Under the pieces are notes generated by a model that did not search any database, was not told the origin of the DNA, and saw only the letters and a list, made by a program, of their open reading frames with translations. Below, piece by piece: positions 1 to 15,335 of a stretch of DNA of 64,000 nt (position 1 is the first letter of the stretch; every line of letters starts with the position of its first letter). The stretch covers positions 90,396,001 to 90,460,000 of the forward strand of contig OX597817.1 in NCBI GenBank assembly GCA_951406725.2, read 5' to 3'. The position numbers were made by a program, and so were the translations under genes. This DNA comes from Octopus vulgaris. Its lineage: Eukaryota.

Positions 1-1540
1 ATATAAAGTCAGTCAAGTTTTACAGGAAGGTGTCATACCCAGTCACTACTGTAGCAGCATTATAGTCAGCTGTTACCAAAGTAAAGGAGATGCTTTAGAG
101 CAATGATTCTCAGCCCTTAGATTCCTATTTTACTCAGGTGGACCACCATAGCCATTTGATTTTTCAGAAAATATTTTTAGAATTAAATATTATAAGGAAT
201 TATATAAACATTGTTAAAATATTTTGAGTATTGTAAGAGGTTAGCCAATTTATTACACATAAATTTTAACAATAAAATCTTATATGGACCCCCAAGGAGA
301 GATGGATCCCCAAGAGAGATGTAATAACAGGAGTATCAAATTGATGGACCAGGCTATGAAATTTACAGAAAGAGATACAGTTCAATTGATTATGAAAGGT
401 TAACTTAGATGAGATGCAAGTTCAACTTTTTGTTAGGAAGAAGTATACTGATGCTATCTCACTAGTGAAACAGCTGCAGAAATATTTTGCTGTACCTAGC
501 ATTCCATAAAACTTGGAGAATACCATCAATAGAATCCCTTACTTGGTGATATGGTGGTCAATGAGGAAGCTGGGAATAGATGGAATGGTTTATGAAAGCC
601 TTACAAGCAATGTACAGAGCTGTTTTCAACAAGGGGAGAGTCATCTCCTCATACAGTAATGAATTTAGTGTGCAGGTAGGCCCACCAGGATTCAGTTCTC
701 AATCCCCTTCTATCATAGTCTTGCAGGCTGTAATAGACAAGTTTAAGACAGGGTGCCTGTATATTCATTCTACAAGCTAAATCTGTTGCAGAATTACAAA
801 AGAAATTCCAGATATGGAACAAAATCTGGAATCAAAGGGCCTCATATTTAACTTAAGGATTAATGTATTATTAGTGAGTAGGAAAACAGATAGGATACTG
901 CTTCCATCATGGAAATGGCTTTGCTCAATATTTGGAAAAAGAGTAGCTAAAAATTTCACATGGTGTACCTAGTATAAGTTATGGACACAAAAGAAGTGTA
1001 GTGGTATCATAAGTAGGTTAACAGATAAAGCAGGCCTAGTAAATGGCAGATTCAATAAACATTAAGAGCACATGAGAAAAAGTTTTTCTCAAAATGCCCA
1101 GGAGTATCTCTAGAAGTGGTTGGCAAATCAAGAAGAGATAACACAAGGATGAGAGAGCTCTTTGGTCTTGACAGGAAGCATGACATTCTCTCAGGTACTC
1201 ATGCAACTAATGCACTCTGTAAAGTCATTGAAGTTAGGAAGAGTATCTAGTTGTAGAAACCATGCAAACACTGAAATGTCAGAGCAGAACATGATTCACT
1301 GTCCTCTCAATATCTCCCCTAAAGTCGTCACTCTCTATCCTATTCCTCCTTTCAGCTGGAGGGTTGTTTTAGTCTTGTGATCTACAGAGCAACCTCACTA
1401 GTGCTGGTTCCATGAAAAGAGCACCCAGTACACCCTGCAAACTGGTTGGTATTAGTAAACACATTTAGCCTTAGAGACCATGCCCAAACTATCAAACCAT
1501 CCAACCCATGCCAACAGAGAAAGCTAACATAAAAATGATG
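1..1540 (+). mobile_element. Decayed RTE-clade LINE: reverse transcriptase region plus 3' tail
   Basis: Frameshifted translation gives EGVIP..SSIIVSCY..KGDALE / IKLMDQAMK / DEMQ..TDAI..VKQLQ / WWSMRKLGI.EWFMKALQAMYR..SNEFSVQVG..IIVLQA..KFKTGC, typical RTE RT domains 1-5. An RTE-type tail (..aaaccatccaacccatgcc..aaaaatgatg) lies at about 1400-1540. Confidence 0.85.
101..312. mobile_element. Degenerate hAT/MER5-like MITE interrupting the RTE RT region
   Basis: Starts caatgattctcagcc (decayed CAGTGGTTCTCAACC) and carries ggaccccc motifs like the MITE at 40626. The RTE reading resumes after it. The right TIR is not visible. Confidence 0.5.
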
Positions 1541-1904
1541 TATACATCATGCGTTTATGTGTGCATGTGTGTTATATACTTATGTGTGTGTGTGTGTGTG
1601 TGTATTTATATACGTATATACACAAAAAGATAGACAAATCTTATCGGGCAAAAGGAATATGTTGATCTGAAAAGTTACATACAATTTATACAATATAATC
1701 AATTCATATCTTTACAGCTGTTTTGCATGGTCACTGACTGATTGCTACAATTAATTTGCATGTGGTTACATAAATTTTGTAGTAGAGCACTCCGATAACA
1801 CCAGTTTCTTATCTCTACTAGATTTCAAACTCAAAATCACAGAGAAGGAATCCATATACAAACTTTTACAGAAAAGCGGCATGTCTGTATGTTGATATTA
1901 TATT

Positions 1905-2510
1905 CATCATTATCATCGTCTTTCAATGTTCATTTTCCATGCTGGTATGGGCTGGATGGTTTGACCATGGATGGCTTGACCATAGCTGGCAAGCCAGAGA
2001 TGCACCAGGTTCCAGTCTGATTTGGCATGGTTCTATGGTTGGATGCCCATCCTAATGCCAATTACTTAACAAATGTGTGCTGGATGCTTTTAACATGGCA
2101 CTGCATGAGCACTTTTATGTGGTACTTGCATGTGTGCTTCTTACGTGGCCCTGACACAGGATTCTTGCAAGCCAATCCTCTTCCCCAAGGGAACACTCCT
2201 GCTGTGGAGTATATGTCCTTTTGGGTACAGTAAGGTGCCAGGTATTTCAGTCCTTTGTCATCTCACCTGAAAGGCTCATCATCCTGAAGTCATCCCATGT
2301 CTTCCTGGGTCTCCCTCTTCCGCACGTTCTATCTACTTTGAGAGACTGGCACTTCTTTATGGAGACATCATCTGCATCACATGACCAAACCAGTGTAATC
2401 TTCTCTCTTACATCTAATTTCTCTTATACCTAAATTCTCATACTCTGTCAAACATGTACACCTACATTACATATCCAGTGGAGCATACTAGTCTCATTCC
2501 TCTCAAGCCT
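1905..2510 (-). mobile_element. RTE LINE 3' fragment (ORF C-terminus plus 3' UTR)
   Basis: Minus strand reads RLERNETSMLHWICNV..LGIREIR..KKCQSL..CGRGRPRKTWD, followed by the (GAT)-ended RTE tail. Homologous to 59955-60585. Confidence 0.8.
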
Positions 2511-2850
2511 ATATTATATCATATCATATATTATGTCACATCTTATATATTATATTATATTATATTATATGTTGCTATAAAAAAAAATTACTGAAGTTGA
2601 GATGCTATTGTTAGAGGAAGTTTGTGGTGTTTAGAACAAAGTCCTTGCCCTAGGGAAGAGAAAAGTTATGCTTATGTCTGACAAAACAACTAAGAAGGAC
2701 AGGAAATAGGTAGAATTTAGATATTGGTAGTGGTAGAGAAGAGTGTGTGTGTGTGAATGTATTAGAGAAAGAGAGAGGTGTTTATTGTAATTAGAAGTGA
2801 AGAGTAAACAGAAATTATAACTGTTGTTGTTATTATAATTATTATTATTA

Positions 2851-3075
2851 TTGAGTGAGAGAGCAGTGCATGCCATCAAAGTGACACTGGGGTAAAATAT
2901 ACGAAGCCCAATATACCCATCATGACTACCAGTCTGATAAAGGTACACCAGGCACATGCATCACAACCATATGTGCGCGACATGGTGATCTCATATCAAG
3001 ATAAACAGCACATGACCTTGCAGGTGGGGCCCAGTTAGAATTTTCTTCAGGTTGAGTAGCCCATCCCGCTCAAAT
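2851..3075 (-). mobile_element. Terminal fragment of an (AAT)n-associated non-LTR element
   Basis: Reverse complement of 17383-17603. Flanked on both sides by (ATT)n. Shares the fixed end ctctctcactc-(aat)n with the other copies. Confidence 0.7.
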
Positions 3076-3816
3076 TATTATTATTAATATTATTATTATT
3101 ATTATTGCTATTATTATTATTATTACTATTATTATTATTGCTATTATTATCATTATTATGGTTATAAACATTAATGACAATATAATTGGGAACTTAATTA
3201 ATGCTATCTATTCCAGAGATAGTGAGATCCCTCTCCTCCATACACACACAGACACCAGGTTATTATCTTCCACCCCTTTTTGTACGTCACCACTGCCAAC
3301 ACCTACACTGTATACAGAAAAGACATGTAGTTGTGTATTAATGATGATATCATGGTGGTAGAGGTAATGGTTGTAGGTAGTCATAAAGACCACTAGCATA
3401 GCTACAGTGTGTGCCACCTGGAGTGGCCCTTGTGTTTGCTGCCCCTAGATCCCACAAAAAACACATATTGCCTACAGCAGACCCAAAAGTACCACCCAGG
3501 GCAGATCACTCCTACTGCCCCTCCCCTATCTACACTAGTGATAAAGACAGTAGTAGTGGTAATGTTATTATAATAGTGGTGGGGGTGATGGTTGCAGTGG
3601 TAGTGATGTATTGTAAGTTTTAATATTGGTGCTGGTGGTGAGGTTGTTTGGTGGTTGTGTTTTTGATAAGTGCCAGTACACAAAACTCTCGGCCCTTGTG
3701 TCACTCTGTTGCTTTTGCTAAATATTAATGGAAAAATATACATATGCTCATATTTTGAGTTCTATTTTTCCTAATTGCATCACCATACTTGTACATAGAT
3801 GTATACATATAAACTA

Positions 3817-3980
3817 TGGGCATCTTTCAGTTTCCTTCTACCAAATCCACTCACAAGGTTTTGGTCAACCTGAGGCCATAGTAGAAGACACTTGCACAAG
3901 GTGCAGTGGAAATCAAAAACCATCTGGAACCATGTTGTTGGTAGGCAAAACTTCTTACAACACTGCCATGCCTGCGTCTA
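3817..3980 (-). mobile_element. SINE family A, head portion
   Basis: Reverse complement of the family A head (..gtggatttggtagaaggaaactgaaaga). Confidence 0.75.
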
Positions 3981-4602
3981 TTATTATTGGTGGTAATATT
4001 TGGTGTGTGGTTGTGGTGGAGTTGGAGGTATTGTTTGTGGAAGCATATATTAATAGCGATGATGGTATTGGGTGGGAGTGGAAGTAATGCTGGTGTCATA
4101 TTCATGTTGTAGGTAGAATGGCAAAAGGACAATGCCACTGCATGAAATAAAATGGCAGTCCAAAATGGAAGTGAAACAAACTCCAAACTACTAAAAGAGT
4201 GTAACAATCAAACTAGACAACAAAACAATACCCCTTCACACTACACTCTTTTGTTGTTGGCAGGAGGATTACAAGCAATTATTGAGAGAGAGGTGGGGGG
4301 TAGAATCAAGTGACAAATGAGACCAGTGGTGGTGGCGGGGAGGACAGGGGAGAGAGTTGACAAATAGGAATTGATATGTGTACATGGGAGGGATATGGGA
4401 TGAAAGTAGGTAATAATGAAGTCTTCACTGTAGATACAGTCAGAGCAAAACCTTGACCTGGTAAAGGAGAACAGTGGCCTCTGTAGTTCCTGTTGTTGTT
4501 GTTGTTTAACACTAGGTCAGACATGATCCAACAAGCTGATGATCAAATGATTGAAGATATTCCAGATAGTAAAGCTTTACTTTTTAATATTGTCAAAGTG
4601 TG

Positions 4603-4820
4603 AGAGTGGTAGACTGGCAGAATCAATAGAACTTGGGGAAAAAATGCCTTGTAATATTCGTTCAAGTCTTTACATTCTGAGTTCATATCTTACCAACATC
4701 AACTTTGCCTTTCAACCTTTCATTGGGGTTAATAAAATAAAGTACCTATCATATATTGAGGTCAGTTTCATTGGCTAACCTTTCCCCAAATTTCAGGCCT
4801 TGTGCCCATATCGGAACCAA
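4603..4820 (+). mobile_element. SINE family B (tRNA-derived, central domain resembling MetaSINE)
   Basis: ctggcagaatc..ttctgagttca..aactttgcctttca.cctttc..ggggttaataaaataaagtacc..ggccttgtgcc..gaacc. Other copies at about 9460-9620, 11090-11215, 22647-22750(-), 28650-28770(-) and 39800-39950. Confidence 0.75.
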
Positions 4821-5067
4821 TTATTCTGTCATTCTATCCTAGCTGTTCTTTCTTTTCTTTTCCTAAGATAATAAGGGTGTGATACAAAGAAGGTGTAGCT
4901 GTTATTTCTAGCTGAATGAGAAACCACATCTCTTCCTGTTCAATGTGATGTTGTTGCTGTTGTTCTTGTAGAGAGTGATTTGACAAATTAATATATTTTT
5001 CTATGTTTGTATTTAGCATGTTTCTCATTGGCAGATTCTCTTATGGCACCTTCAGATGATAGAAACA

Positions 5068-5475
5068 TAGGTGCAGGCATGACTGCGTGGTAAGAAGTTT
5101 GCTTCTCAATCACACGGTTCTGAGTTCATTCCCACTACGTGGCACCTTGGACAAGTGTTTTCTTCTAGAGCCTAGGGCTGACTAAAGTCTGGTGAGTGAA
5201 TTTAGTAGACAGAAACTGAAAGAAGCCCATTGTACATATATAGTGTGTGTGTGTGTTTGTATTTGTCCCTCACTAATACTTGATAACTGGTGTTGGTGTG
5301 TTCATGTCCCCATAACTTAGCAGTTCAGCAAAAGACATTAATAGAATATGTACCAGGCTTAATGAAAAATATGTACTGGGATCGATTCATTTGACAAAAA
5401 CATTCTTTAAAGCAGTGCCCCAGCATGACCACAGTGTAATGACTGAAACAAACAAAAGAATAAGAGAATAAAAGA
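5068..5475 (+). mobile_element. SINE family A, full length (tRNA head, internal (TA)/(TG) tract, ..gactgaaacaa..aaaagaat tail)
   Basis: A/B-box-like head (tgactgcgtggtaag..gagttcattccc) and collinear with the copies at 18951, 29253 and 53762. Confidence 0.85.
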
Positions 5476-5979
5476 ATAGCTGTGTGATTAAGAAGGTTGC
5501 TTTAGAGACATGTGGTCTGGGGTTTACTCCCACTGTACAAACAAACAGTGTTGACTGGGGTCTTCCACTAAAGCTTCAGGTTGACAAATACTTTGGAATT
5601 GAAATTCAGTTGACAGAAACTGGAAGAAACCCTTGCATTTATGTATATGCATACACATAGACACATACTGTGTGCGTGCGTGTGTGTGTGTGAGTGTGTG
5701 TACATGATTGTTTATTCCCCTTCTTTTGACATGTGTGCACTGACTAAACAAGAGTCACTATTCATGCAGCTGGTTTCAGTTGTTTACAATCCGTCATGGA
5801 AACATATCTGAGCTATTTGTTGTTCAATACACTGAAGGAATTATTACCTTGCAAAGGTAAGGGTTGTACAGTAGAAAGAACTTCTGGCCACGAAAATATC
5901 TGCCTCAATAAATCTCATCTTGCTTATGGCAACCATGGAAAAGTGGACCATAAAACAATGATATTGATGATGATCAGAT

Positions 5980-6730
5980 GGACATATATTGTCTAAGGAC
6001 AAATGATATTGGTGAAGGGAATATGACATTACTTGAAACATTTGATATCACGTGGGAGATATGATAATATCTAGGGCTATCTGATATAATTTGAGAGATA
6101 TATCATATGAGATATGATATCACAACAACAGCAAGGAAGATACTATAATAACTAGGGTGGTCTAGTAACGACCAGGTATATACGATAGAAACATGGGAGA
6201 CATGTTATCACTTGGGACCTTTGGTAAGGAATAAGGAGATATGACATTGTTGATGAAGTAAGATAATATTTAGTGGTTTCAAATTTTGGCACAAGGCCAG
6301 CAATTTCAGTAGTGGGGCTAAGTTAATTACATCAATCACAGTCCATAACTGGTACTTATTTTATTAACTCTGGAAGGATGAAAGGCAAAGATGACCCAGG
6401 TGGAATTTGAACGCAGAATGTAATGACAGATAAAATGCTTAGCAGCATTTTGTCTAGCATACTAGTGATTCTGCCAACTCACCACCTTAAGATATGATAA
6501 TGATTATTGAGATATGATATCAATAGGGACATTTAATAATACTTGGGACATATGATGATGACTAGAGAATTATGATGGAATTAAGAAGACATGATAGCAA
6601 CAATGGAGTTATAATAAAACAATGAAAGAGATATGATAATAAGGGAGATATGACAATGTGTAGGGAGATGTGAAAGAACTACAGAGACATGATACCATTA
6701 AGCAGATATGATATAAACAAGAAGAATGTC
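5980..6730 (+). repeat. Degenerate ~21-bp minisatellite (ggagatatgata core) split by a SINE B insertion
   Basis: Recurring gagatatgat/ggacat(a)tgat units on both sides of 6275-6490. Confidence 0.6.
6275..6490 (-). mobile_element. SINE family B
   Basis: ggtttcaaattttggcacaaggccagc..gaaggatgaaaggcaaag..gaatttgaac..ttctgccaactcaccacctt is the reverse complement of the family B sequence. Confidence 0.85.
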
Positions 6731-6904
6731 ATAAATCATGTGAAGGACACTCCCTTACAACAAATACACCACCCTCTCATAAACAATAATTAATTAAAAT
6801 CTCTACTTGTGCTGCCATTTCTACTTTGGTCATTGCAGCATTTAATGATATTTTACATGTAAAATACATCTATTATCATCATCATAATTGGTGTCATTGT
6901 CAAT

Positions 6905-7178
6905 AATTAGCGTCCGTTTTCCATGCTGGCATGGGCAAGATGGTTTGACTGGGGCTGGTAAGCCAGAGAGCTATACCAGGCTCCAGTCTGTTTTGGCTTG
7001 GTTTCTACAGCTGGATGTTCTTCCTAATGCCAACCACTCCACAGTGTAATGGGTGTCTTTTATGTGTCCCTGGCACAGGCACCTTTTACATATCACTGGC
7101 ATAGATACCTTTTATGTGTCACTGGCATGGGAGCCTATTACATGTCACTGGTACAGGTGCTTTTCCTGTGCCACCATG
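6905..7178 (-). mobile_element. RTE 3' UTR fragment with 26-bp tandem units
   Basis: RTE tail (tttccatgctggcatggg..cagctggatg..ttcctaatgccaaccac) followed by ctggca/ctggta units at 7070, 7096, 7122 and 7148. Confidence 0.75.
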
Positions 7179-8182
7179 GCAACAGGTTCCACTTTGGAGT
7201 CCCAAAACATTTCAGCCATGACTATCAACCAATTCATCTTGCTTGTCAAACATGGTATATCATCTCAAAACTACATCATCCTCTGGTTTCTTCAAAAATA
7301 TAGGAGACTTTGTATCCAGTCAAACTGAAAGGTCAACAAAATCTCACACATTTTCATATGAACCAGAAATAACCTCTTGACCTCTACAGAGTTTATATTT
7401 ACCAACTGACTATATAATGATGATGATGATGATGATGAAGATGAGGATGAGGGTGGTAGTGATGGTGGTGGTGGTGGTAGTATGTTGACCTGTTGGATGA
7501 AAGATCATTAATTCACATCCTGTCACTTCCTCATTGAACCTTCTGGAAAACAAACATCAAATAAAATGTATCCTGATGGTGGTGATGGTGGCAGTAGGGG
7601 TGGTAAAAGTGGTTTTGATAATGGCAGTGGTGGAGTTAACAGTGGTGGTAGTGGTGCTGGGAATAGTAGGGATGTTGGTGTTGGCAGTACTTTCAGGTTT
7701 TAGTTGTTTTTGTTGTTGTGGTGGTGGTAATGGATAAAGATTTACATACCATCCAGTTCCTTCTCAGAAGCAACAATAAAATAAACATTCAAAGGGAAAC
7801 ACAGAGATATAGGGAAACTTAATAAGTAAGTAACAGCGAAATTATAATCAATTTCAGAGAAAATATTTACCCTAAAACTAGGCTCCTAACTCTGATACAC
7901 ACACGTTCTACTGGAACAACCAACTCCCTACCCTTGTGTACCTACCAAACTACTCTCACCCCTTCAAACCCAACAGAAAACATCCCATGTTTATTAAGAT
8001 TAAAATTTTCAGACTATTAACCCCTCCTTTAGAGTGTATATTTGCAATATTTTTATTTACACTGTTTCAATGGGACCAGGGTCTGTTTTAATCCCTAGAT
8101 ATGTACATGGGTGATTGATCCTGAACTAGATATTCCCTCATGAAATTTGGTCCTAACTACATATTAAATCACAAGTATGTTC

Positions 8183-8620
8183 AAGGCAGTGAGCTGGCAG
8201 AATTGTTAGCATGCTGGGGAAAAAGCTTAGTGGCATTTTGTGCATCTCTACATTCTGAGTTCAAATTCTGCCAAGGTCGACTTTGCCTTTCATCCTTTCA
8301 CAGTTGATGAAATAAGTAGTACTAGTTGAGTGTTGAGGGTCAATGTAATTGACTTACCCTTTTTCCTGAAATCGCTGCCTGTGTGCCAAAATGTGAAACC
8401 AATACTAAGGCAGTAAGCTTAGGATTGTTAGCATACTGGGCAAAATGCATAGCAGCATTTTGCCCATCTTTATGTTGATTTTGAATTCCAGTGAGGTCAA
8501 CTTTGCCTTGCATCCTTCCAGGGGTCAATAAGATAAATAGTAGTTGAACACTGGGGTAGATGAAATCAACTTACCTGCTCCCCAGAAATTGCTGGCCTTG
8601 TGCCAAAATGTGAGACCAAA
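8183..8620 (+). mobile_element. Two tandem SINE B copies (8183-8403 and 8408-8620)
   Basis: Both start aaggcagt(g/a)agct and end gtgccaaaatgtga(a/g)acca. Confidence 0.85.
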
Positions 8621-8832
8621 TTACAGATGTGTTGACAGTATTTTGTTTCATTGCCATAATATACTGTAGAACATATCTATTGATATTTTGGCCAACAATG
8701 TATGTTGTGACAAATGTAAATTTTATGTGTATATACATAATATGACAGTTAACATGCTACACATCTCAACTCTGCTTATAGCACCATCAGCAGCTATGCA
8801 CTGTCATCAAATATCCAAGAACACACTACTTA

Positions 8833-9057
8833 TGAGGGGGGGGGGAGGTGCTGAAAAGTTCCTGGCTTTAGGGGTATTGCAAAAGGCCTACTTGGAGGCC
8901 CAACCTTTTAAGTTCTTTTACAGGATTTAGAAAAACTGAAGGACCGCTGCTGAAAGTGTGTGAATCAAAGAGGAGAATATGTTGAATAAAATCATAATTA
9001 ACTGATCATCTTGTATTTTGTTTTACCCAAAGCCAGGAACTTTTCAGCACTCTCTTG
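8833..9057 (+). mobile_element. Mariner-derived MITE
   Basis: TA at both flanks. TIRs gtgctgaaaagttcctggcttt / aaagccaggaacttttcagcac. Internal remnant of the mariner transposase C-terminus, (G)LEKLKDRC*KCVNQRGEYVE*. Confidence 0.85.
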
Positions 9058-12037
9058 TATACACCTACTAATAAATGTAACCTGCTAAATTCTGTGTTTA
9101 AATTCTTCTGGGGCTGATTCTAATTTTCAGCTCCTTTTGGCTGGCTGTGAATAAAAATAAAGTACCAGTCATGCACTGGGATTAAGATAACTGGTTCCCT
9201 TTCAACCCAACATTTCCAGCTATGTGTTTTTGTTAGAAATTGTTGATATTTGGTTTCATATTAATTCCTGTTATTCTTTTTCTTTTATTTCTCTTTTTTA
9301 ATCATTTCAGTAAATTAGTCAGGTGGCAGCAATTAACATTGCATAGCAATTGTTTATAATGGATACAAATTGACCTTTACAACATTAACAAGAATGTTTT
9401 TCACTGTGATTCATCAGAAAATTGAGATTACCATTAAGTCTGCAAACATCATTTATAGAGTAGATGCTGGCAAAATAGGCAGAGTGTTGGACAAAATTCT
9501 TTGTACTATTTATTTGGTCCTTTTATATTCTGAATTCAATTCCAGCCCTCGTTAATTTCTATCTCTCATTTCTCTTGGGCTGATAAAAAAAAGTACCAGT
9601 AATATCTTGGTTCAAGTCAACTGACTGTAATAACAACAGAAGTTGCCACATTTAAAGCTTTTGACGCTATATGTTTATCTATGTGTGGAGTTGGACAGGT
9701 GGTGTTTTATTAGATCTGAGACTGTGAAGAGACAAATTAGATGAGAGGTTGACATAATGAATAAGACTACTACAGATATTAGGTTTAAGATTTGAAGATT
9801 CTAACCTTCATAGAGTTCCCTTTCATACTTAAATAAGCTAGATAAGAATATTACAACAGTTGGTTTTGCTGTCCTATACAAGGAACTGTTTACCTCTGAA
9901 CTATAAAACACAGAGCCTTCACTTTTCTCAATCAATGCCCATTAAACAGCTGGGATAGGAACATCAATGATCAGCTAAATTATTACCTATATTTCATGAT
10001 TATTTCATGATTGATTGATTAGAATTATTTCTAAGATTCTCAATATAGCAGAATAGAAACAACAAATTGTACAACACTATTTTGAGCTCATAATTTACAG
10101 AACAATGACCATCTATTTTTAGGTAACATAAATCACCATCAATTTCCACAAAGTATATTAGCCTATCAAAATAAACATACCTTTGTAGCTAAACAATCTA
10201 ACACCATAGCAACAGCTTCATTTTGAAACTACCCCTATAAACCCCACTATTCTATATAACAGAAACAACCTTTATGCCAGTGATCTTATGCTACCATTTT
10301 CAGGCCCTTGATGAGTAAAACTCTCCTAACATGAATGAGAATATATAATGTCTCATCTTTAGTGACAGTAGCCTGCATGAGACTGGACACTGAACAAACA
10401 CCTTGAACAGTAACTCTGAATGAAAAGTATCTGAAAGAGAGTAGAGAGGACTCTTTAGACTTTACACAGACAACTGCTCTAGTGCAAGTAAAATGCACCC
10501 AGTCCACTCTGCAAAGGTATCAGAGAAAAGAAAGTTATCAGTTATAAATTGCATGCTAAAAACGAGACTAAACAAACAGAGGAATAGAGAGCACTCATTG
10601 TCCCATTGCAAACAACCTCTCTTGTTCTGGTGGCCCAATATAATACACTCTGTGTATACTGTAAAGTGGTTGGTGATAAGAAGGGCAACTAACTGTAAAA
10701 ATCAAGCAGAAAGTATAACAAAAATATGACAGTAGAATTGGTTGAGTTTATTTCTGTTGTTGTGTGTATCAGAAAACAGGATTGTCATAAGATGCAATGC
10801 AACCAATCCATGTCAGCATGGAAAACATGTGTGTATGATGATGATGATGATGATGATGATGTGTATATTACAAGACAATCGTTGATCCATCACTTTGTTA
10901 GTCAGTTTCCCACCATGTGCACTCAATCAGGTAAAATCAAAGGGAAACAACCACCATGCAGTGATGAATGCTGGTTGATAAAATAAAGTACTGAGGCTTA
11001 TGAAACCTGTAAACACCTTCCTCTCAAAATTGCCAGCTTTGTGTACAACAACAATTACTGCTGTTGTAGTTGAGTGTCAGTGTATTGGCAGACCAGGCAG
11101 TGTCAGAAAAATATGGTATTTAGTTACATCTCTTCACATTCTGATTTCAAATCTCATTCACATCAACTTTGCTTTTGATTCTTCGGTGGGGTCAATAAAA
11201 TTAAGTTCTTTGTAAAATTAAATATTTGAGTTAATATAACTGACTACACCCTCTTTTCTAAAACATAATGCCCCAGAAGGACAATTACAGTAATAGTGAT
11301 AGTGACAAACAGAGTTGACATGATTAGATTGGTTAAGAGGAGGACAAAATGGAAGGTAGTGGGTAATAAAATTGGAAGAGCACCAGACAAAATGCCAGTG
11401 AATGGCAAAATTGGAAGGGTGACAGTCAAAAGGATTGGCTGATATTTAGCTATGTTCTTTTTACTGAGATTAGCCTTGTCTCTCAGCTATCCAGGGGCTA
11501 ATAAAAATAAAAAAATCACTCATAAACTATGGGTCAATGTACAGGGACTATATACTACCAAACTAATAAATTCCTGGCCTTGAACCAATGTTAGGAATTA
11601 TTATTACCATTATTATGATTACTTGTTGTCTATGTCTATTTATAAGTAAACAATAATGACAAATGTTGCTTACCTCGGTAGCAGCAGTGAGCCCACAGAT
11701 CATAACTTTTCCACATCTTTTAAACCATCTCAGAATATCTCTTCATGTACTTTCACTATTTCTCAAACTACCCCCTACCCAGCCTACCCATCTCTGTCTT
11801 CTTCTCACTTTCTCTCTCTCTCTATCTCTCTCTCGCAAGCATGTGCACATGCGCGCACACACACAACTACTATTTCTTTCTTTCTCTCTTTGTGATCCAG
11901 CTGATGATATAAGTACTGTCCACTACTGACTGGGCTCCTCCTTATGTAAGCAGGAACTACATCTCTCACCTCTCACCACTGCTACCACTGTCTTTAAGTC
12001 CACATAACACTGTAAATAGCCTTCTGATAATTGTTTA

Positions 12038-13410
<1,373 letters not shown>

Positions 13411-13883
13411 GGTAATCACTGCTTTACAAAGTAAGGAATTCACCACTTTTTCACTGAAATACTCAATTTTCCTCCTTCCTCTCTCTCCCAGTCTATTGCT
13501 TTGGCAGTAAGTGTGGAAATAAAGTAGAGAAGGGCTGCGGGAGCTAGAGAACTGCCCCCACACCCTCCCCAAAATTAGAATGGGTAGTGATGATGATGAT
13601 ATTCATGGTGGTGGAAAGGTGGCAAGGTTAAAAGTTGTCAATGTACAAATAGGATTAAATATACTCGAAAACAACAATAGAAACATCCAGCAGACAACAA
13701 CAACACCATAGTAAGGTGGTTGGAGTAAGAGGGGTAGATAGAGGAACAAGAAATTTATAAACAAAAAACAAAAAGAAAAGTCATTTAAACAAGATAACTT
13801 CTTTTTCTTTTTTTTTTACTTTTTATCTCCATTTTTATCCTATTTTTATTCCTATTATTCTTTCACTAATATATATTTTTTAA

Positions 13884-14190
13884 CAAGCTAACTGGCTAAT
13901 CGCAACACATGAACCAATTCTGGTACTGTTAATCTATATATCAGTGGCAGTGAGATGAATCACTGTTGTCTCTAGCAGTCGAGTGCCCATCATTGACAAG
14001 ACTAAACAAGATCGAAACCATGTGAAATGGTAGTCTTGACGCTTGAGGTAGCAAGAATTTATCTCCCCACCAGCAATATAAACATGAATGCAAGTTGCAC
14101 CAGGAAACCAATATGAGAGTTTCTAACAGAACATCCATGGGGATAAATATCATCTCTTGGTATCAAGACCACCTCTGTCACTAATATATA
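13884..14190 (+). repeat. Unclassified ~310-350 bp interspersed repeat
   Basis: Collinear with 31918-32262 and 32272-32575 (aagctaactggctaatc..aatctatatatc..gagatgaatc..ttgcacca..ctgtc.ctaatata). Confidence 0.75.
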
Positions 14191-14754
14191 ATATATATAA
14201 TTGTTGTTGTTGTTTAAGAATATAGTGGTTGTTGTACTCTTAAGGAATGGCAGTGTGGTTGTTATCATTGCTCTTATTGTTGTTGTTCTCATGGTTGTGG
14301 ATGTTGATTTTATTGTTATATTAGTTCATATGTTTGTAGCTCTTAATCTTGTAGTTGCTGTTTTGGTGGTGATTGTGTTTGATGTTGTTGTGATTGTTAA
14401 AGGTTTGGTAGTTGCAGTTGTTGTTGTAATTGTTGTGGCTATTGTTGTTTATAAGGTTGTAGATGCTAAGGCAGTAGGTGTTGTGGTTGGTATTTAAGAG
14501 TTTGTTGATGAAGTTGTTATTTAACTTTAAATCAGCTTTCACATGTTAACCACCACATGTACCACCAGTGGCACATTGCAAACTTCACACAACTTCCTTA
14601 TACACCACCAGTGGTATGTTTCCATAATTTGAGAAAATATTTCATTGTGTCTTTGACATGGTTTCAAGTATATTTATATAACATGACTGCTAAATATTAA
14701 AGTTTAATTATGAAATATTGTAAAAATGCAAAAAAAATTACATTTGCTTACAAT

Positions 14755-14969
14755 TGGTTTCGATTTTTGGCACAAAGCCAACAATTTTGGGTATGGGTAT
14801 AAGTTGATTACATTGATCCCAGTGCTCAACTGGTACTTGTTTTATTGATCTCAAAAGGATAACATGCAAAGTCGACCTCAGCAGAATTTGAACTCAGGAC
14901 ATAAAGATAGGTGAAATGCCATTAAGCATTTTGCCCAACATGCTAACGATTTTGCCAGCTTACTGCCTT
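14755..14969 (-). mobile_element. SINE family B
   Basis: Reverse-complement match to family B from tail to head. Confidence 0.85.
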
Positions 14970-15120
14970 ATATTTTCTTGTAATTAAATAGTATGCAGTG
15001 TGACTGGAAGTATGTGGCATTACCAATAAGTTCCAGTAACAAGTCACAACAATTAATGTGTTAATCAAATAAACTAATGGCATTACAACAGTGACTATGC
15101 CATTTTTAATCAAGACATTG

Positions 15121-15335
15121 TATGAGCTAGCAAAATTGTTAGCATGCCAGACAAAATCCCTAGTGGTATTTCTTCTGGCTTTACATTTTGAGTTCAAATT
15201 CCACCGAGAGTGATTTTTGCCTCTCATCCTTTTGAGGAGGTCAATGAAATAAGTACTTGTTGAGTACAGGGGTTAATGTAACAGACAAGCCCCATTCCAC
15301 CAAAATTTCAGGCCTTGTGCCTATAGTAGAAAGGA
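15121..15335 (+). mobile_element. SINE family B
   Basis: gagctagcaaaattgttagcatgcc..gagttcaaattccaccgag..ggccttgtgcctatagtagaaagg. Confidence 0.8.

Noticed and set aside
1700-1880. Possible minus-strand hammerhead (AAAACAGCUGUA)
   Set aside because: The palindromic stem III-like motif is present, but GAAA is mutated and no CUGANGA is found.
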